From an uncultured Solirubrobacterales bacterium (lineage in GTDB: Bacteria; Actinomycetota; Thermoleophilia; Solirubrobacterales; 70-9): 64,000 nt of DNA. Made by a program: the position numbers and the translations under genes. Of the stretch, positions 26,198-34,927 are shown in pieces. Every line of letters starts with the position of its first letter. Position 1 is the first letter of the stretch. The notes beneath the pieces are model-generated. The model ran no database searches. It was given only the letters and a program-made list of their open reading frames with translations, and had not been told where the DNA came from. Location of the stretch: positions 2,301,915 through 2,365,914 of the forward strand of contig OY969700.1 in the NCBI GenBank assembly GCA_963702035.1, given 5' to 3'.

Positions 26198-26272
26198 TTC
26201 CGGGGGGAGGATTCGAACCCAACCGCCTCTTGGACCAAAACCAAGCGTGCTAGCCAATTACACCACCCCGGA
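26198..26272 (-). tRNA. tRNA-Gln(UUG)-like gene with an irregular T arm
   Basis: The reverse complement reads TCCGGGGTGGTGTAATTGGCTAGCACGCTTGGTTTTGGTCCAAGAGGCGGTTGGGTTCGAATCCTCCCCCCGGAA. Acceptor, D and anticodon arms are good. The T stem TTGGG/CCTCC has 2 mismatches plus one G-U pair. Confidence 0.6.
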
Positions 26273-26340
26273 TTGGCTTGGGACATTACCGCGAGACGAC
26301 GAAGCAATCTTTCGTCCGAGATACGAACTAGTGTTCGTAT

Positions 26341-27108
26341 ATGCCGAGGTACACCGAGGACGAGGCACGTGAGGCGGTTGCCGTGTCGGAGTCGTACAGC
26401 GAGGTGCTGCGTCGTCTTGGCATGCGGCCTGCGGGTGGTAATCACGCTCTGCTGAAGAAATACGTAGACGAGGTTTGGAAGATCTCGACCGACCACTTCG
26501 ATCCGGGAGCGGCTGCGACGAGAAACCTCCATAGCTCTCCAAGGCCGCTGGCCGAGATCCTTGTCCGCGGATCGACCTACTCGCGGGGCAAGGTCAAGCA
26601 GCGGCTCTTCGAGGTGGGTATGAAGGAGCGTGTTTGTGAGATGTGCGGCCAAGACGAAAACTGGCGTGGCAGCCGCATGGCGCTGATCCTCGATCACATC
26701 AACGGGACGCCGGAGGACAACCGGATCGAGAATCTGCGGATCGTCTGCCCGAATTGCGCTGCGACTCTCGATACCCATTGCGGCCGGAAAAACCGGATGC
26801 AGGCTCCCACCCGGGTCTGCAAGCGATGCGGGCGTGAGTTCACCGCCAAATATCGACGACACCGCTATTGCTCACGCGCGTGTGGAATCAGGTGGGATCG
26901 GTCAAGCGTGAGAGGAAAGCCGCACATGGACCAGCGCAGGGTTGAGCGGCCTCCCTACGACCAGCTCTTGAAGGAAATCGAGCGCCATGGCCACGTTGCG
27001 ATCGGCTGCAAATACGGCGTCTCCGACAACGCGGTCCGCAAGTGGGTGCGGTTCTATAAGCGGCAGACGGAGCGCGAAGCGACCGAATCGGCCTCCGCTC
27101 AGGACTAA
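26341..27108 (+). CDS. HNH endonuclease (stand-alone, phage/homing type)
   Basis: CEMCG...ALILDHINGTPEDNRIENLRIVCPNCAA plus a second Cys cluster (CKRCG..CSRAC). Local GC is visibly lower than in the flanks. Confidence 0.8.
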   Translation: MPRYTEDEAREAVAVSESYSEVLRRLGMRPAGGNHALLKKYVDEVWKISTDHFDPGAAATRNLHSSPRPLAEILVRGSTYSRGKVKQRLFEVGMKERVCEMCGQDENWRGSRMALILDHINGTPEDNRIENLRIVCPNCAATLDTHCGRKNRMQAPTRVCKRCGREFTAKYRRHRYCSRACGIRWDRSSVRGKPHMDQRRVERPPYDQLLKEIERHGHVAIGCKYGVSDNAVRKWVRFYKRQTEREATESASAQD

Positions 27109-27139
27109 TCCCGTCCGCGCTGGGGCTTAAGGTTGCTGC

Positions 27140-27709
27140 ATGGAGATGGGTGGAGCGGCGCTGGACCCGGAAGTCCGCGAAGGGCTGGCGCGCAGCTGGA
27201 AGGCGTTGATGGCGGTCGGCATCTTCGCGATCGTCATTGGCTGCATCGCGATCGTCGTGCCCGCGGTGGCCTCGGTCGGGACGGCGATTTTCATCGGCTG
27301 GATCCTGGTCGTCGCCGGGGCCTTCCTCGTCGCCGGCGCCTTTACCGCGCACTCGATCGGCTCGGTCATCCTTCGCCTGCTTTGGGCTTTCCTCACGGTC
27401 ATCGTCGGCCTCTGGCTGATCGTCGAACCGCACAACGGCACCCTGACCCTGACCCTTGTGCTCGGCATCTACTTCCTCTTCATGGGCCTCACCCGAATCT
27501 TCGTCGCCTTCGCCGGCCGCGGCCAGCAGGGCGCGGGCCTGGTCGGCCTCAGCGGCATAGCCGGCCTTCTGATCGGCATCCTCGTACTGGCCAAGTTCCC
27601 CAGCAGCGCCGACTGGGCAATCGGCCTCCTCGTAGGCATAGACCTGATCTTCGCCGGCTGGACCCTGACCTCAGTAGCTCTGGTCGGTCGCGACCTCTCC
27701 CGAAGCTAA
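27140..27709 (+). CDS. HdeD/DUF308 family membrane protein
   Basis: 189 aa with six TM segments: GIFAIVIGCIAIVVP...GWILVVAGAFLVAGAF. Confidence 0.8.
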   Translation: MEMGGAALDPEVREGLARSWKALMAVGIFAIVIGCIAIVVPAVASVGTAIFIGWILVVAGAFLVAGAFTAHSIGSVILRLLWAFLTVIVGLWLIVEPHNGTLTLTLVLGIYFLFMGLTRIFVAFAGRGQQGAGLVGLSGIAGLLIGILVLAKFPSSADWAIGLLVGIDLIFAGWTLTSVALVGRDLSRS

Positions 27710-27745
27710 CGCTCCGGAAAAGCACGCCTTTTGCGGCGTTGGGCT

Positions 27746-27864
27746 GAGCGAGGATGGGGCATCCCGGAGTGCGCGGCGTCCTCTTTTCGCCCGGCGGGTC
27801 AGCGAGAGCTGGGCCGCGCTGGTGGCGAAAACCCAGCAAACGGAGGGATGCCCCATCCTCGCTC
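27746..27864 (+). repeat. F1 element, copy d (beta subtype)
   Basis: Perfect 20-bp arms GAGCGAGGATGGGGCATCCC / GGGATGCCCCATCCTCGCTC. Core reads GCGGCGTCCTCTTTTCGCCCGG...GGCGAAAACCCAGCA. Confidence 0.8.
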
Positions 27865-27885
27865 CCCCGGCATTACGATCCTGAG

Positions 27886-29277
27886 GTGAGTTCGCCTCTG
27901 GTCCTGGTCATGGCGGCCGGCGCAGGTACCCGCATGCGCTCGAGCTTGCCGAAGATGCTCCATCCCGTCTGCGGGAGGCCGCTGGTCGCCTGGCCGATCC
28001 TTGCCGCGCGCGAGGCCGGGGCCGGTCGCGTGGCGGCGATCGTCTCCCCCGGCATCGACATCTCCGCCGGTCTGCCCGACGGCGTCGAGACGGTGGTGCA
28101 GCCGCAGCCGGACGGGACCGGGGGCGCCGTGCGCGCCGCGATGCCGCTGATCGAGGAGGCGGAGACGGTTCTCGTCCTCTCGGGGGACCACCCGCTGATC
28201 TCGGCCGAGATCGTTTCCGGCTTCCTCGACGCTCATGCCGGCTCCGATGCCGCGGCGACGATGATGACGATCGAGCTCGAGGACCCGGGCAGCTACGGGC
28301 GCGTCGTGCGCGGCGCCGACGGCGAGGTCGAGCGTGTGGTCGAGGCGAAAGCCGCCGGCGATGCCGGCGCCGAGGAGCTTGCGATCCGCGAAATCAACGC
28401 CGGCACCTACGCCTTCGACGCCGGCCCGCTCGCGATCGCCCTGGCGGGGCTGTCGAACGACAACGCCCAGGGCGAGTACTACCTCACCGACGTCTTCGCT
28501 GCGCTGCGCGAGGCCGGCCATTCCGTCGCCGCCCACCGCGCCGATGACTTCGCGGTGACGATGGGGGTCAACAACCGGGTCGAGCTTGCCGGCGTCGAGG
28601 CGGAGGGCCGCCGCCGCATACTCGAGCGCCACATGCTCGCCGGGGTCACCGTCGTCGATCCCGGCACGACCTGGGTCGACGCGGACGTCGAGATCGCCGC
28701 CGACGCCCGGATCGAGCCCGGCACGAGCTTGCGCGGCGACACCGCGGTCGGCGCCGGCTCGGTCGTCGGGCCGCTCAGCACGTTGATCGACACCAGCCTG
28801 GGCGAGGGCGTCAACGTCATCCACTCCTACCTGGTCGAGTGCGACGTGCTCGACGGCTGCAGCGTCGGCCCCTTCGCCTACTTGCGCCCCGGCGCTCACC
28901 TCGAGCCGGGTGCCAAGGCCGGCACCTTCGTCGAGATCAAGAACTCGCAAATCGGGGCGGGCGCCAAGGTTCCCCATCTCGCCTACATCGGCGACGCCGA
29001 CGTCGGCGCGGGCAGCAATCTGGGCGCCGGCACGATCACCGCCAACTACGACGGTTTCCGCAAGCACCGCACGACGATCGGCACCGATGTGCGGCTCGGC
29101 GTTGACACGATGCTGATCGCCCCGGTACAAGTCGGGGACGCCGCCTACACTGGCGCCGGAGCTGTGATCAAGCACGATGTCCCCGAGGGGGCGCTTGCGG
29201 TGAGCCAGAACGACCAGAGGAACATCGAGGGCTACGCGGAGGGCAAGTCCGCGAAGGCCCGTGAGGAGGATTCGTGA
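27886..29277 (+). CDS. glmU: Bifunctional UDP-GlcNAc pyrophosphorylase / GlcN-1-P acetyltransferase
   Basis: From GTG 27886: LVLVMAAGAGTRMRSSLPKMLHPVCGRP. Hexapeptide-repeat C-terminal half. Confidence 0.9.
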   Translation: MSSPLVLVMAAGAGTRMRSSLPKMLHPVCGRPLVAWPILAAREAGAGRVAAIVSPGIDISAGLPDGVETVVQPQPDGTGGAVRAAMPLIEEAETVLVLSGDHPLISAEIVSGFLDAHAGSDAAATMMTIELEDPGSYGRVVRGADGEVERVVEAKAAGDAGAEELAIREINAGTYAFDAGPLAIALAGLSNDNAQGEYYLTDVFAALREAGHSVAAHRADDFAVTMGVNNRVELAGVEAEGRRRILERHMLAGVTVVDPGTTWVDADVEIAADARIEPGTSLRGDTAVGAGSVVGPLSTLIDTSLGEGVNVIHSYLVECDVLDGCSVGPFAYLRPGAHLEPGAKAGTFVEIKNSQIGAGAKVPHLAYIGDADVGAGSNLGAGTITANYDGFRKHRTTIGTDVRLGVDTMLIAPVQVGDAAYTGAGAVIKHDVPEGALAVSQNDQRNIEGYAEGKSAKAREEDS

Positions 29278-30302
29278 GCACGATCGAGCAGCGCCCCGAG
29301 GCGGCGCCAACCGCCATCCCGCACGACTACTCGAAGCGGATGATGGTCTTCGGCGGCCGCAGCTCGATGGAGCTGGCCGCCAAGGTCGCCGGCAAGCTCG
29401 AACTCGACCTCGGCCAGGTGACGCTGAAGACCTTCGCCAACGGCGAGGTCTACTGCCGCTACGAGGAGTCGATCCGCGGCGCCGACGTCTTCATCGTGCA
29501 GTCAACCTGCGCCAACGAGCAGAGCGAGATGACGCCGAACGACGCGATAGTCGAGCTGCTGACGATGATCGACGCCGCCCAGGGCGCCTCGGCGCACCGC
29601 ATCATCGCCGTCCTGCCCTGGTACGGCTACGCGCGCCAGGACAAGAAGTCCGCCCCGCGCGAGCCGATCTCGGCCCGGATCATGGCCAAGTGCCTCGAGG
29701 CCGTCGGTACCGACCGCGTCCTCACCATGGATCTGCACGCCGGCCAGGTGCAGGGCTTCTTCCACGTCCCGGTCGACCACATGACGGCGATGCCGATGCT
29801 GACCCAGTGGTTCGCCGACCAGGAACTGAGCGAGGAGCTGGTGATCGTCTCTCCCGATGCCGGCCGGGTCAAGACCGCGCGCAACTTCGCCCGCCGCATC
29901 GGCACCCACTGGGCGGTGATGGAGAAGGAGCGTCCCGCCCAGCAGGTGGCCGAGATCGGCTACGTGGTCGGCGACGTCAAAGGGAAGACCGCGGTTCTCG
30001 TCGACGACATGATCGACACCGCGGGGACGCTCTGCGCCGCCGCCCAGACGGTGCTCGACGAGGGTGCCGCACGGGTGATCGCCTGCGCCACGCACGGCGT
30101 CTTCTCCGGCCCCGCGTACGAACGCCTCGCCGACTCGGCGATCGAGCGGATCGTCGTCACCGACACGATTCCACTTCGCCCCGGCGCCCCGGACAACATC
30201 ACGGTGCTCTCGACCGCCGGCACCTTCGCCGACTCGATCCGCCGCATCTTCACCGACGATTCGGTCTCAGAGATCTTCGCCGGCGAGAACCAGCTCTTTT
30301 GA
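29274..30302 (+). CDS. prs: Ribose-phosphate pyrophosphokinase
   Basis: FANGEVYCRYEESIRGADVFIVQS...AVLVDDMIDTAGT. Confidence 0.95.
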   Translation: MSTIEQRPEAAPTAIPHDYSKRMMVFGGRSSMELAAKVAGKLELDLGQVTLKTFANGEVYCRYEESIRGADVFIVQSTCANEQSEMTPNDAIVELLTMIDAAQGASAHRIIAVLPWYGYARQDKKSAPREPISARIMAKCLEAVGTDRVLTMDLHAGQVQGFFHVPVDHMTAMPMLTQWFADQELSEELVIVSPDAGRVKTARNFARRIGTHWAVMEKERPAQQVAEIGYVVGDVKGKTAVLVDDMIDTAGTLCAAAQTVLDEGAARVIACATHGVFSGPAYERLADSAIERIVVTDTIPLRPGAPDNITVLSTAGTFADSIRRIFTDDSVSEIFAGENQLF

Positions 30303-30320
30303 CGCGGGCGGCCGCGACGA

Positions 30321-30440
30321 GCCATGGTGTCTGGGCGGCCATGACCGGCGCGATACGGCCTCTCCCCGACGCCCCACGTAGCGCTGCTACGCGGGGGTCG
30401 TGTCGTGACCGTCTCGCTTGGTCCTGACCATCCAGCCATC
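30321..30440 (+). repeat. R4 repeat, left copy (inverted relative to 31942-32066)
   Basis: The 81-bp core 30343-30423 is about 95% identical to the reverse complement of 31960-32040. Contains the hairpin CCCCACGTAGC-GCT-GCTACGCGGGG. Confidence 0.8.
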
Positions 30441-30441
30441 C

Positions 30442-31206
30442 ATGTCTCGCCTTGCCGACCGCTCTGAACTGCTGAAGGTGGGGCACAAGGGGGCAGATTC
30501 GATCATCCTGGGGAACACCCTTGAGAGCTTTGAAAAAGGGGTCGAGGTCGGGGTCGACGTCATCGAGCTCGACGTGCTCTGGACGCGCGACGGGCACCCG
30601 CGCATCGAGGCGGCGGAGCGGACGCCGCTGATCGTCGCCCACGACTGGCATGACGCGGAAGGACGCGAGCCGCTGACCCTGGCCGAAGCGCTCGACGCCT
30701 TCACGAAGCCGCCGCTCGACCGGGTCGAGGTCGATCTCGACATCAAGCTGCCCGGGCGGGAGGAGGAGATCGTCGCCGCCGTCCGCGAGCGCGGGCTGCT
30801 CGACCGCGCGATGGTCTCGACCATGGAGCTCTTCACCCTGGCCAAGGTCGGTGCGCTCGAGCCGGGCCTGCGGCGCGGCTGGACCTATCCCAGGGTGACC
30901 AAGGACTGGACCTCGAAGCGCTGGGCGAAGCCGCCGATGCTCGCTGCGCTGGTCTGGATGCGCCACCGCCTGCCCGGCCTCGCCGCCCGCGAACTGCCCA
31001 AGATGGGGGTCGAGGCGATGTGGGTCTACCACCCGCTCGTCAGCCGCCAGCTCGCCAAGATCACCGCCCTGGCCGGAGTCGAGCTGATCGCCTGGACGGT
31101 CGACGACGCGAGCCGCATGGAGAAGCTCGTGGCCGCGGGCGTAGACGGCATCTGCTCCAACGACCCCCGCCTTTTCGCTTCGATCGACGGTCGATTGGAC
31201 AGTTGA
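30442..31206 (+). CDS. Glycerophosphodiester phosphodiesterase family protein
   Basis: VGHKGADSIILGNTLESFEKGVEVGVDVIELDVLWTRDGH. ATG 30442 is preferred. Confidence 0.8.
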   Translation: MSRLADRSELLKVGHKGADSIILGNTLESFEKGVEVGVDVIELDVLWTRDGHPRIEAAERTPLIVAHDWHDAEGREPLTLAEALDAFTKPPLDRVEVDLDIKLPGREEEIVAAVRERGLLDRAMVSTMELFTLAKVGALEPGLRRGWTYPRVTKDWTSKRWAKPPMLAALVWMRHRLPGLAARELPKMGVEAMWVYHPLVSRQLAKITALAGVELIAWTVDDASRMEKLVAAGVDGICSNDPRLFASIDGRLDS

Positions 31207-31240
31207 CCACCCTATAGAGGGGTCAACTGTCCAGTGAACA

Positions 31241-31715
31241 TCAGACGGTGCCGGGGGTGGCCGTCGGCGGCGCGTTGCGGCCACGCTTGCGCTTTACGGC
31301 CGACTCCATGTCCTCGGCGCTGAAGCCGCCGACTGCCTGGCCGTCCAGCGCGTAGCGGTAGAGCGCTACGCCGAAGATGCCGCTCAGGGCTTTGCTGATC
31401 AGCAGGGAGATGGCGAGGCCGATGGCGCCGATCACGACCAGCAGGGCGCCGACGAAGCCGGCCGACGCCCAGACGAGGACGCCCAGCGCGATGACGATCG
31501 CGCTGGGCAGCACGCCGAAGAGGAGACCGCGCCGCCGATCGCGATGTTGCCGGTGATCTGGGCGCCCCAGCGCGATTTGAACAGGTGTGCCGAGCGCTTC
31601 AACGTCTCGAACGGCCCGGCGCCCTCGATCGCGATCACGGGCACGGCGAGGAAGGTGACCAGCGACCAGGCCATGCCGACCACCCGCGCGGCGATCGTCC
31701 CGGCGATGCCGCCCT
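31241..31715 (-). pseudogene. DUF6159-like membrane protein gene, frameshifted and 5'-truncated
   Basis: Two frames each carry plausible sequence: ..GPFETLKRSAHLFKSRWGAQITGNIAIGG, then after a shift near 31530-31545, GLLFGVLPSAIVIALGVLVW...YRYALDGQAVGGFSAEDMESAV. The upstream part is replaced by F1-e and R4. Confidence 0.5.
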
Positions 31716-31717
31716 GG

Positions 31718-31893
31718 TTTTCGAGAGAGCCTGCCTCGCAACCCCCGCGCACGTCTGGCGGCGGCGGACACTGCGCGGTGCGGCGTCCTCAGTCGCCCAA
31801 ATAGCGCTGCTATTCGGGCTCCCTGCGTCCTTGCCCCGCTTGGTCCGGCGCGCGCCAGCCGCACACGCTGGTTGTGAGGCAGGCTCTCTAAAA
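31718..31893 (+). repeat. F1 element, copy e (unoccupied IS110 target box at 31819-31831)
   Basis: Arms TTTTCGAGAGAGCCTGCCTCGCAACC / GGTTGTGAGGCAGGCTCTCTAAAA. Core reads GCGGCGTCCTCAGTCGCCCAAATAGCGCTGCTATTCGGGCTCCCTGCGTCCT. Confidence 0.75.
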
Positions 31894-31941
31894 GGACTTC
31901 ACTCCAACTTCAATTCCGACGCGGTCGGCAAGGCCCGACGT

Positions 31942-32066
31942 GGATGGATGGGTGCCCACGACCAAGCGAGGCGGTCACGACACGACCCCCGCGTAGCAGC
32001 GCTACGCGGGGCGTCGGGGAGGGGCCGAATCGCGCCGGTCGTGGGTGACCAGACGCCGCGTCTGGC
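31942..32066 (-). repeat. R4 repeat, right copy
   Basis: See 30321-30440. Confidence 0.8.
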
Positions 32067-32102
32067 CGCAGTCGCCCGCGTCCCAACCGCGTTTGATCCT
32101 GC

Positions 32103-33554
32103 TCATTGCGCTTCTCCTTCCAGGGATCGCTCGACAATCGGAGTCTGCCTCACGCCCCTTCCCTCGAAGTACTCCCACTCCTGCTCGCCCAGCTCGGTCG
32201 CGGGCGGGTCGGCGTAGATCCACTCGCGCATGATCCGGTGCCAGTTGCGCTTCGCCCGCAGCTGGCCGAGCACCGCGACGACGCCGATTTCCATCCGCCG
32301 GCCCATCAGCTCGTTGGCCGGCAGCGACTCGCGGCGCATCAGGTCGTAGTACTCCGAGCGGGGGTCCTGGGTCAACTCGATGATCTTCATCACCCGTTTC
32401 GGCGTGATCTCGATCTCGCGGTCCTCGACAAACCAGCCGCTGACCGCCATCGTGTGCTCGAGCAGCCGTTCGGCGTCGAGCTTGGAGGGGTTCTTGATGA
32501 AGCCGAGGTCGTGCAGGGCGCCGCGGAAGCGCTCCGGATCGCTGTGGAAGGCGGCGTCGAGGGCGCGCTGCTCGAGCACGATCTGCTCGTGGTCGAGCTT
32601 CTTGGTCATGCCGAAGTCGAGGAAGGCGACGCGGCCATCCTCCATCAGGAAGTAGTTGCCCGGGTGGGGGTCGGCGTTGAAGTGGCGCAGGTGGTAGATC
32701 GAGCCGAAGCTGCCGCGGAAGACGATCTCCCCGAAGCGGCTGCGCCGCTCGTGCGGCAGCTCCTTGACCTGGTCGAAGGTCATCCCCTCGACGAACTCGG
32801 TGACGAGCACGCGGCGGCGCGAGAGCCGGGTGACCACTTCCGGCACGTAGATGAACGGATGCTCGCGGTAGGCGCGGGCGAAGGTGCGCTGGTTCTGCGC
32901 CTCGTACTCGTAGTCGAGCTCCTCCATCACCCGTTCGCGCAGCTCGTGGGCGATCGCCTTGGCGTCGAGGCCGGGAGCGAGGGCGCGGGCGAGGCGGACG
33001 ATCGTGCCGGCGTTGCGCAGGTCGGCGTCGAGCGCCTCGGCGATCCCCGGGTACTGGATCTTGACCGCGACCCGGCGCCCGTCGAGCAGCTCAGCACGGT
33101 GCACCTGGCCGATCGAGGCGGCGGCGAAGGCCTCGTGCTCGAACTCGGCGAAGAGCTCGGAGACCGGTTCGCCGTCGTACTCCTCGAGCAGCACCTTCTC
33201 GACCTTCTCCCAGGGCATCGGCGGCGCCGAGGTGCGCAGCTTGGCGAGCTGCTCCTGGTAGATCTCGCGCGACTCCTCGGGCAGGAAGTCGGTGTCGATG
33301 AAGGAGGCGAACTGCCCCAGCTTCATCGCCGCGCCCTTCATCTGGCCGAGCGCGCCGACCATCTTCAGCGCCGTCTCCAGGTGGCGTTGATCGAGCTTTT
33401 CCCTGCCGCCCTCCTCGGAGCGGGCGACGTTGGTCGCCTTGGTCCCGGCGTAGCGGGCGCCCTGCACGCCGACGATCGAGCCCAGCTTGGCCGAGCGGCG
33501 CAGGCGGCCTTTGGGGATCTTCGAGTCGTCGGCCATCGCCGGCAAGGTTGTCAT
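32103..33554 (-). CDS. ABC1/UbiB (AarF) atypical kinase family protein
   Basis: FAEFEHEAFAAASIGQVHRAELLDGRRVAVKIQYPGI...NADPHPGNYF. ATG 33554 or 33536. Confidence 0.85.
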   Translation of the reverse strand: MTTLPAMADDSKIPKGRLRRSAKLGSIVGVQGARYAGTKATNVARSEEGGREKLDQRHLETALKMVGALGQMKGAAMKLGQFASFIDTDFLPEESREIYQEQLAKLRTSAPPMPWEKVEKVLLEEYDGEPVSELFAEFEHEAFAAASIGQVHRAELLDGRRVAVKIQYPGIAEALDADLRNAGTIVRLARALAPGLDAKAIAHELRERVMEELDYEYEAQNQRTFARAYREHPFIYVPEVVTRLSRRRVLVTEFVEGMTFDQVKELPHERRSRFGEIVFRGSFGSIYHLRHFNADPHPGNYFLMEDGRVAFLDFGMTKKLDHEQIVLEQRALDAAFHSDPERFRGALHDLGFIKNPSKLDAERLLEHTMAVSGWFVEDREIEITPKRVMKIIELTQDPRSEYYDLMRRESLPANELMGRRMEIGVVAVLGQLRAKRNWHRIMREWIYADPPATELGEQEWEYFEGRGVRQTPIVERSLEGEAQ

Positions 33555-33606
33555 AGGCACCCGTGGCAGGCCGCGTTTCGCGGCTTTCTCTATCCTCTCC
33601 CGTCCG

Positions 33607-34302
33607 ATGGCTCGCACCCGCGAAAAGCTGAAGGCCGCCGCGCGCACCGATTTCGGCTCGCGCAACTCCCGTCGCCTGCGTGGCAAGGAGTTGGTGCCGG
33701 GCGTCGTCTACGGGGGCGGCAAGGAGGCGCGGGCATTCCAGGCGGGCGAACGCGAGATCCGCGCCGTCCTGGCCGGCGGCCAGGCGCTCTTCGACCTCGA
33801 GCTGGAGGGCTCGAAAGCGGTCCCGGTCGTGGTCAAGGAGCAGCAGCTGCACCCGGTGCGCGGCAACCTCCAGCACATCGACCTGCAGGAAGTGAAGCTC
33901 GACGAGGCGATCCAGGCCGAGGTCACGATCGAGCTCGAAGGGACCGAGGTCGCGCCGGGCGTCAAAGAGGGCGGCGTGCTCGAGCATGTCACCCGCGAGA
34001 TCACCGTTGAAGCGCTGCCGACCGAGATCCCCGAGCGGCTGATCGCCGACGTCTCCGAGATGGTCATCAACGACACGGTCACCCTTGCCACCATCGCCGC
34101 CCCCGAGGGCGTCAAATTCGTCGCCGACGATCCCGACGAGGTCACGATCGCTACCCTCTCGCCGCCGCGCGTCGAGGAAGAGCCCGAGCCCGCCGTCGAG
34201 GAGGAGGCCGAGCTGGTCGGCGAGGAGGGCGAGGCCCCGGCCGCCGAGGGCGAGGGCGGCGAGGGCGACGGCGGCGACTCCGGCGACTCCGACGGGGAGT
34301 AG
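33607..34302 (+). CDS. rplY: 50S ribosomal protein L25 / general stress protein Ctc, with an acidic tail
   Basis: RTDFGSRNSRRLRGKELVPGVVYGGG...LHPVRGNLQHIDLQEV. Confidence 0.9.
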   Translation: MARTREKLKAAARTDFGSRNSRRLRGKELVPGVVYGGGKEARAFQAGEREIRAVLAGGQALFDLELEGSKAVPVVVKEQQLHPVRGNLQHIDLQEVKLDEAIQAEVTIELEGTEVAPGVKEGGVLEHVTREITVEALPTEIPERLIADVSEMVINDTVTLATIAAPEGVKFVADDPDEVTIATLSPPRVEEEPEPAVEEEAELVGEEGEAPAAEGEGGEGDGGDSGDSDGE

Positions 34303-34315
34303 CCCGCTTCGAGTC

Positions 34316-34927
34316 ATGTCGATCTTTCGCCGCCGCGCGGGTCGCGGCGAGGTCGGGCAGGGCGACCGCATCCTCATCGTCGGCCTCGGAAACCCCGGTG
34401 CCGAGCACGCCGGCAGCCGCCACAACGTCGGCTTCGACGTCGCCGAGGAGCTGTCGCGGCGCTGGGACCTGCCCCGCGCGAAGCAGAAGTTCGGCGGCCT
34501 GATCGCCGAAGGACGCAGCCGCCCCGGCGGCCCGCGGGTGGCGATCCTGCTGCCGCAGACCTACATGAACGCCTCCGGCGACTCGGCCGGGCCGGCGCGC
34601 GGCTCGCTCAGGGCGACGCTCGACCAAGTCGTCGTCCTGCACGACGAGATCGACCTCCCGTTCGGCGAGGTGCAGAGCCGCCTCGGTGGCGGCCTGGCGG
34701 GCCACAACGGCCTGAAGAGCCTCAAACGGGGCTTGGGCAGCGCCGAGTTCTGGCGCGTCCGGGTCGGCGTCGGGCGCCCGGACTCGACCGACCCGGAGAT
34801 CGTCTCCGCCTACGTGCTCGGCCGCTTCCGTGAGCCCCGCGCCGAGGTGGAGGCTCTCGTCGGCCGCGCCGCCGACGAGGCCGAGCGGTTGGTCGAACAG
34901 CTAGGTTCCCCGGCCGATGAGCGCTGA
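34316..34927 (+). CDS. pth: Peptidyl-tRNA hydrolase
   Basis: LIVGLGNPGAEHAGSRHNVGF...PQTYMNASG...GGLAGHNGLKS. Confidence 0.9.
   Translation: MSIFRRRAGRGEVGQGDRILIVGLGNPGAEHAGSRHNVGFDVAEELSRRWDLPRAKQKFGGLIAEGRSRPGGPRVAILLPQTYMNASGDSAGPARGSLRATLDQVVVLHDEIDLPFGEVQSRLGGGLAGHNGLKSLKRGLGSAEFWRVRVGVGRPDSTDPEIVSAYVLGRFREPRAEVEALVGRAADEAERLVEQLGSPADER

Noticed and set aside
27754-27885. Upstream extension of glmU (track ORF start at 27754).
   Set aside because: The extension is encoded by the F1-d repeat. The GTG at 27886 gives the canonical GlmU N-terminus (LVLVMAAGAGTRM).
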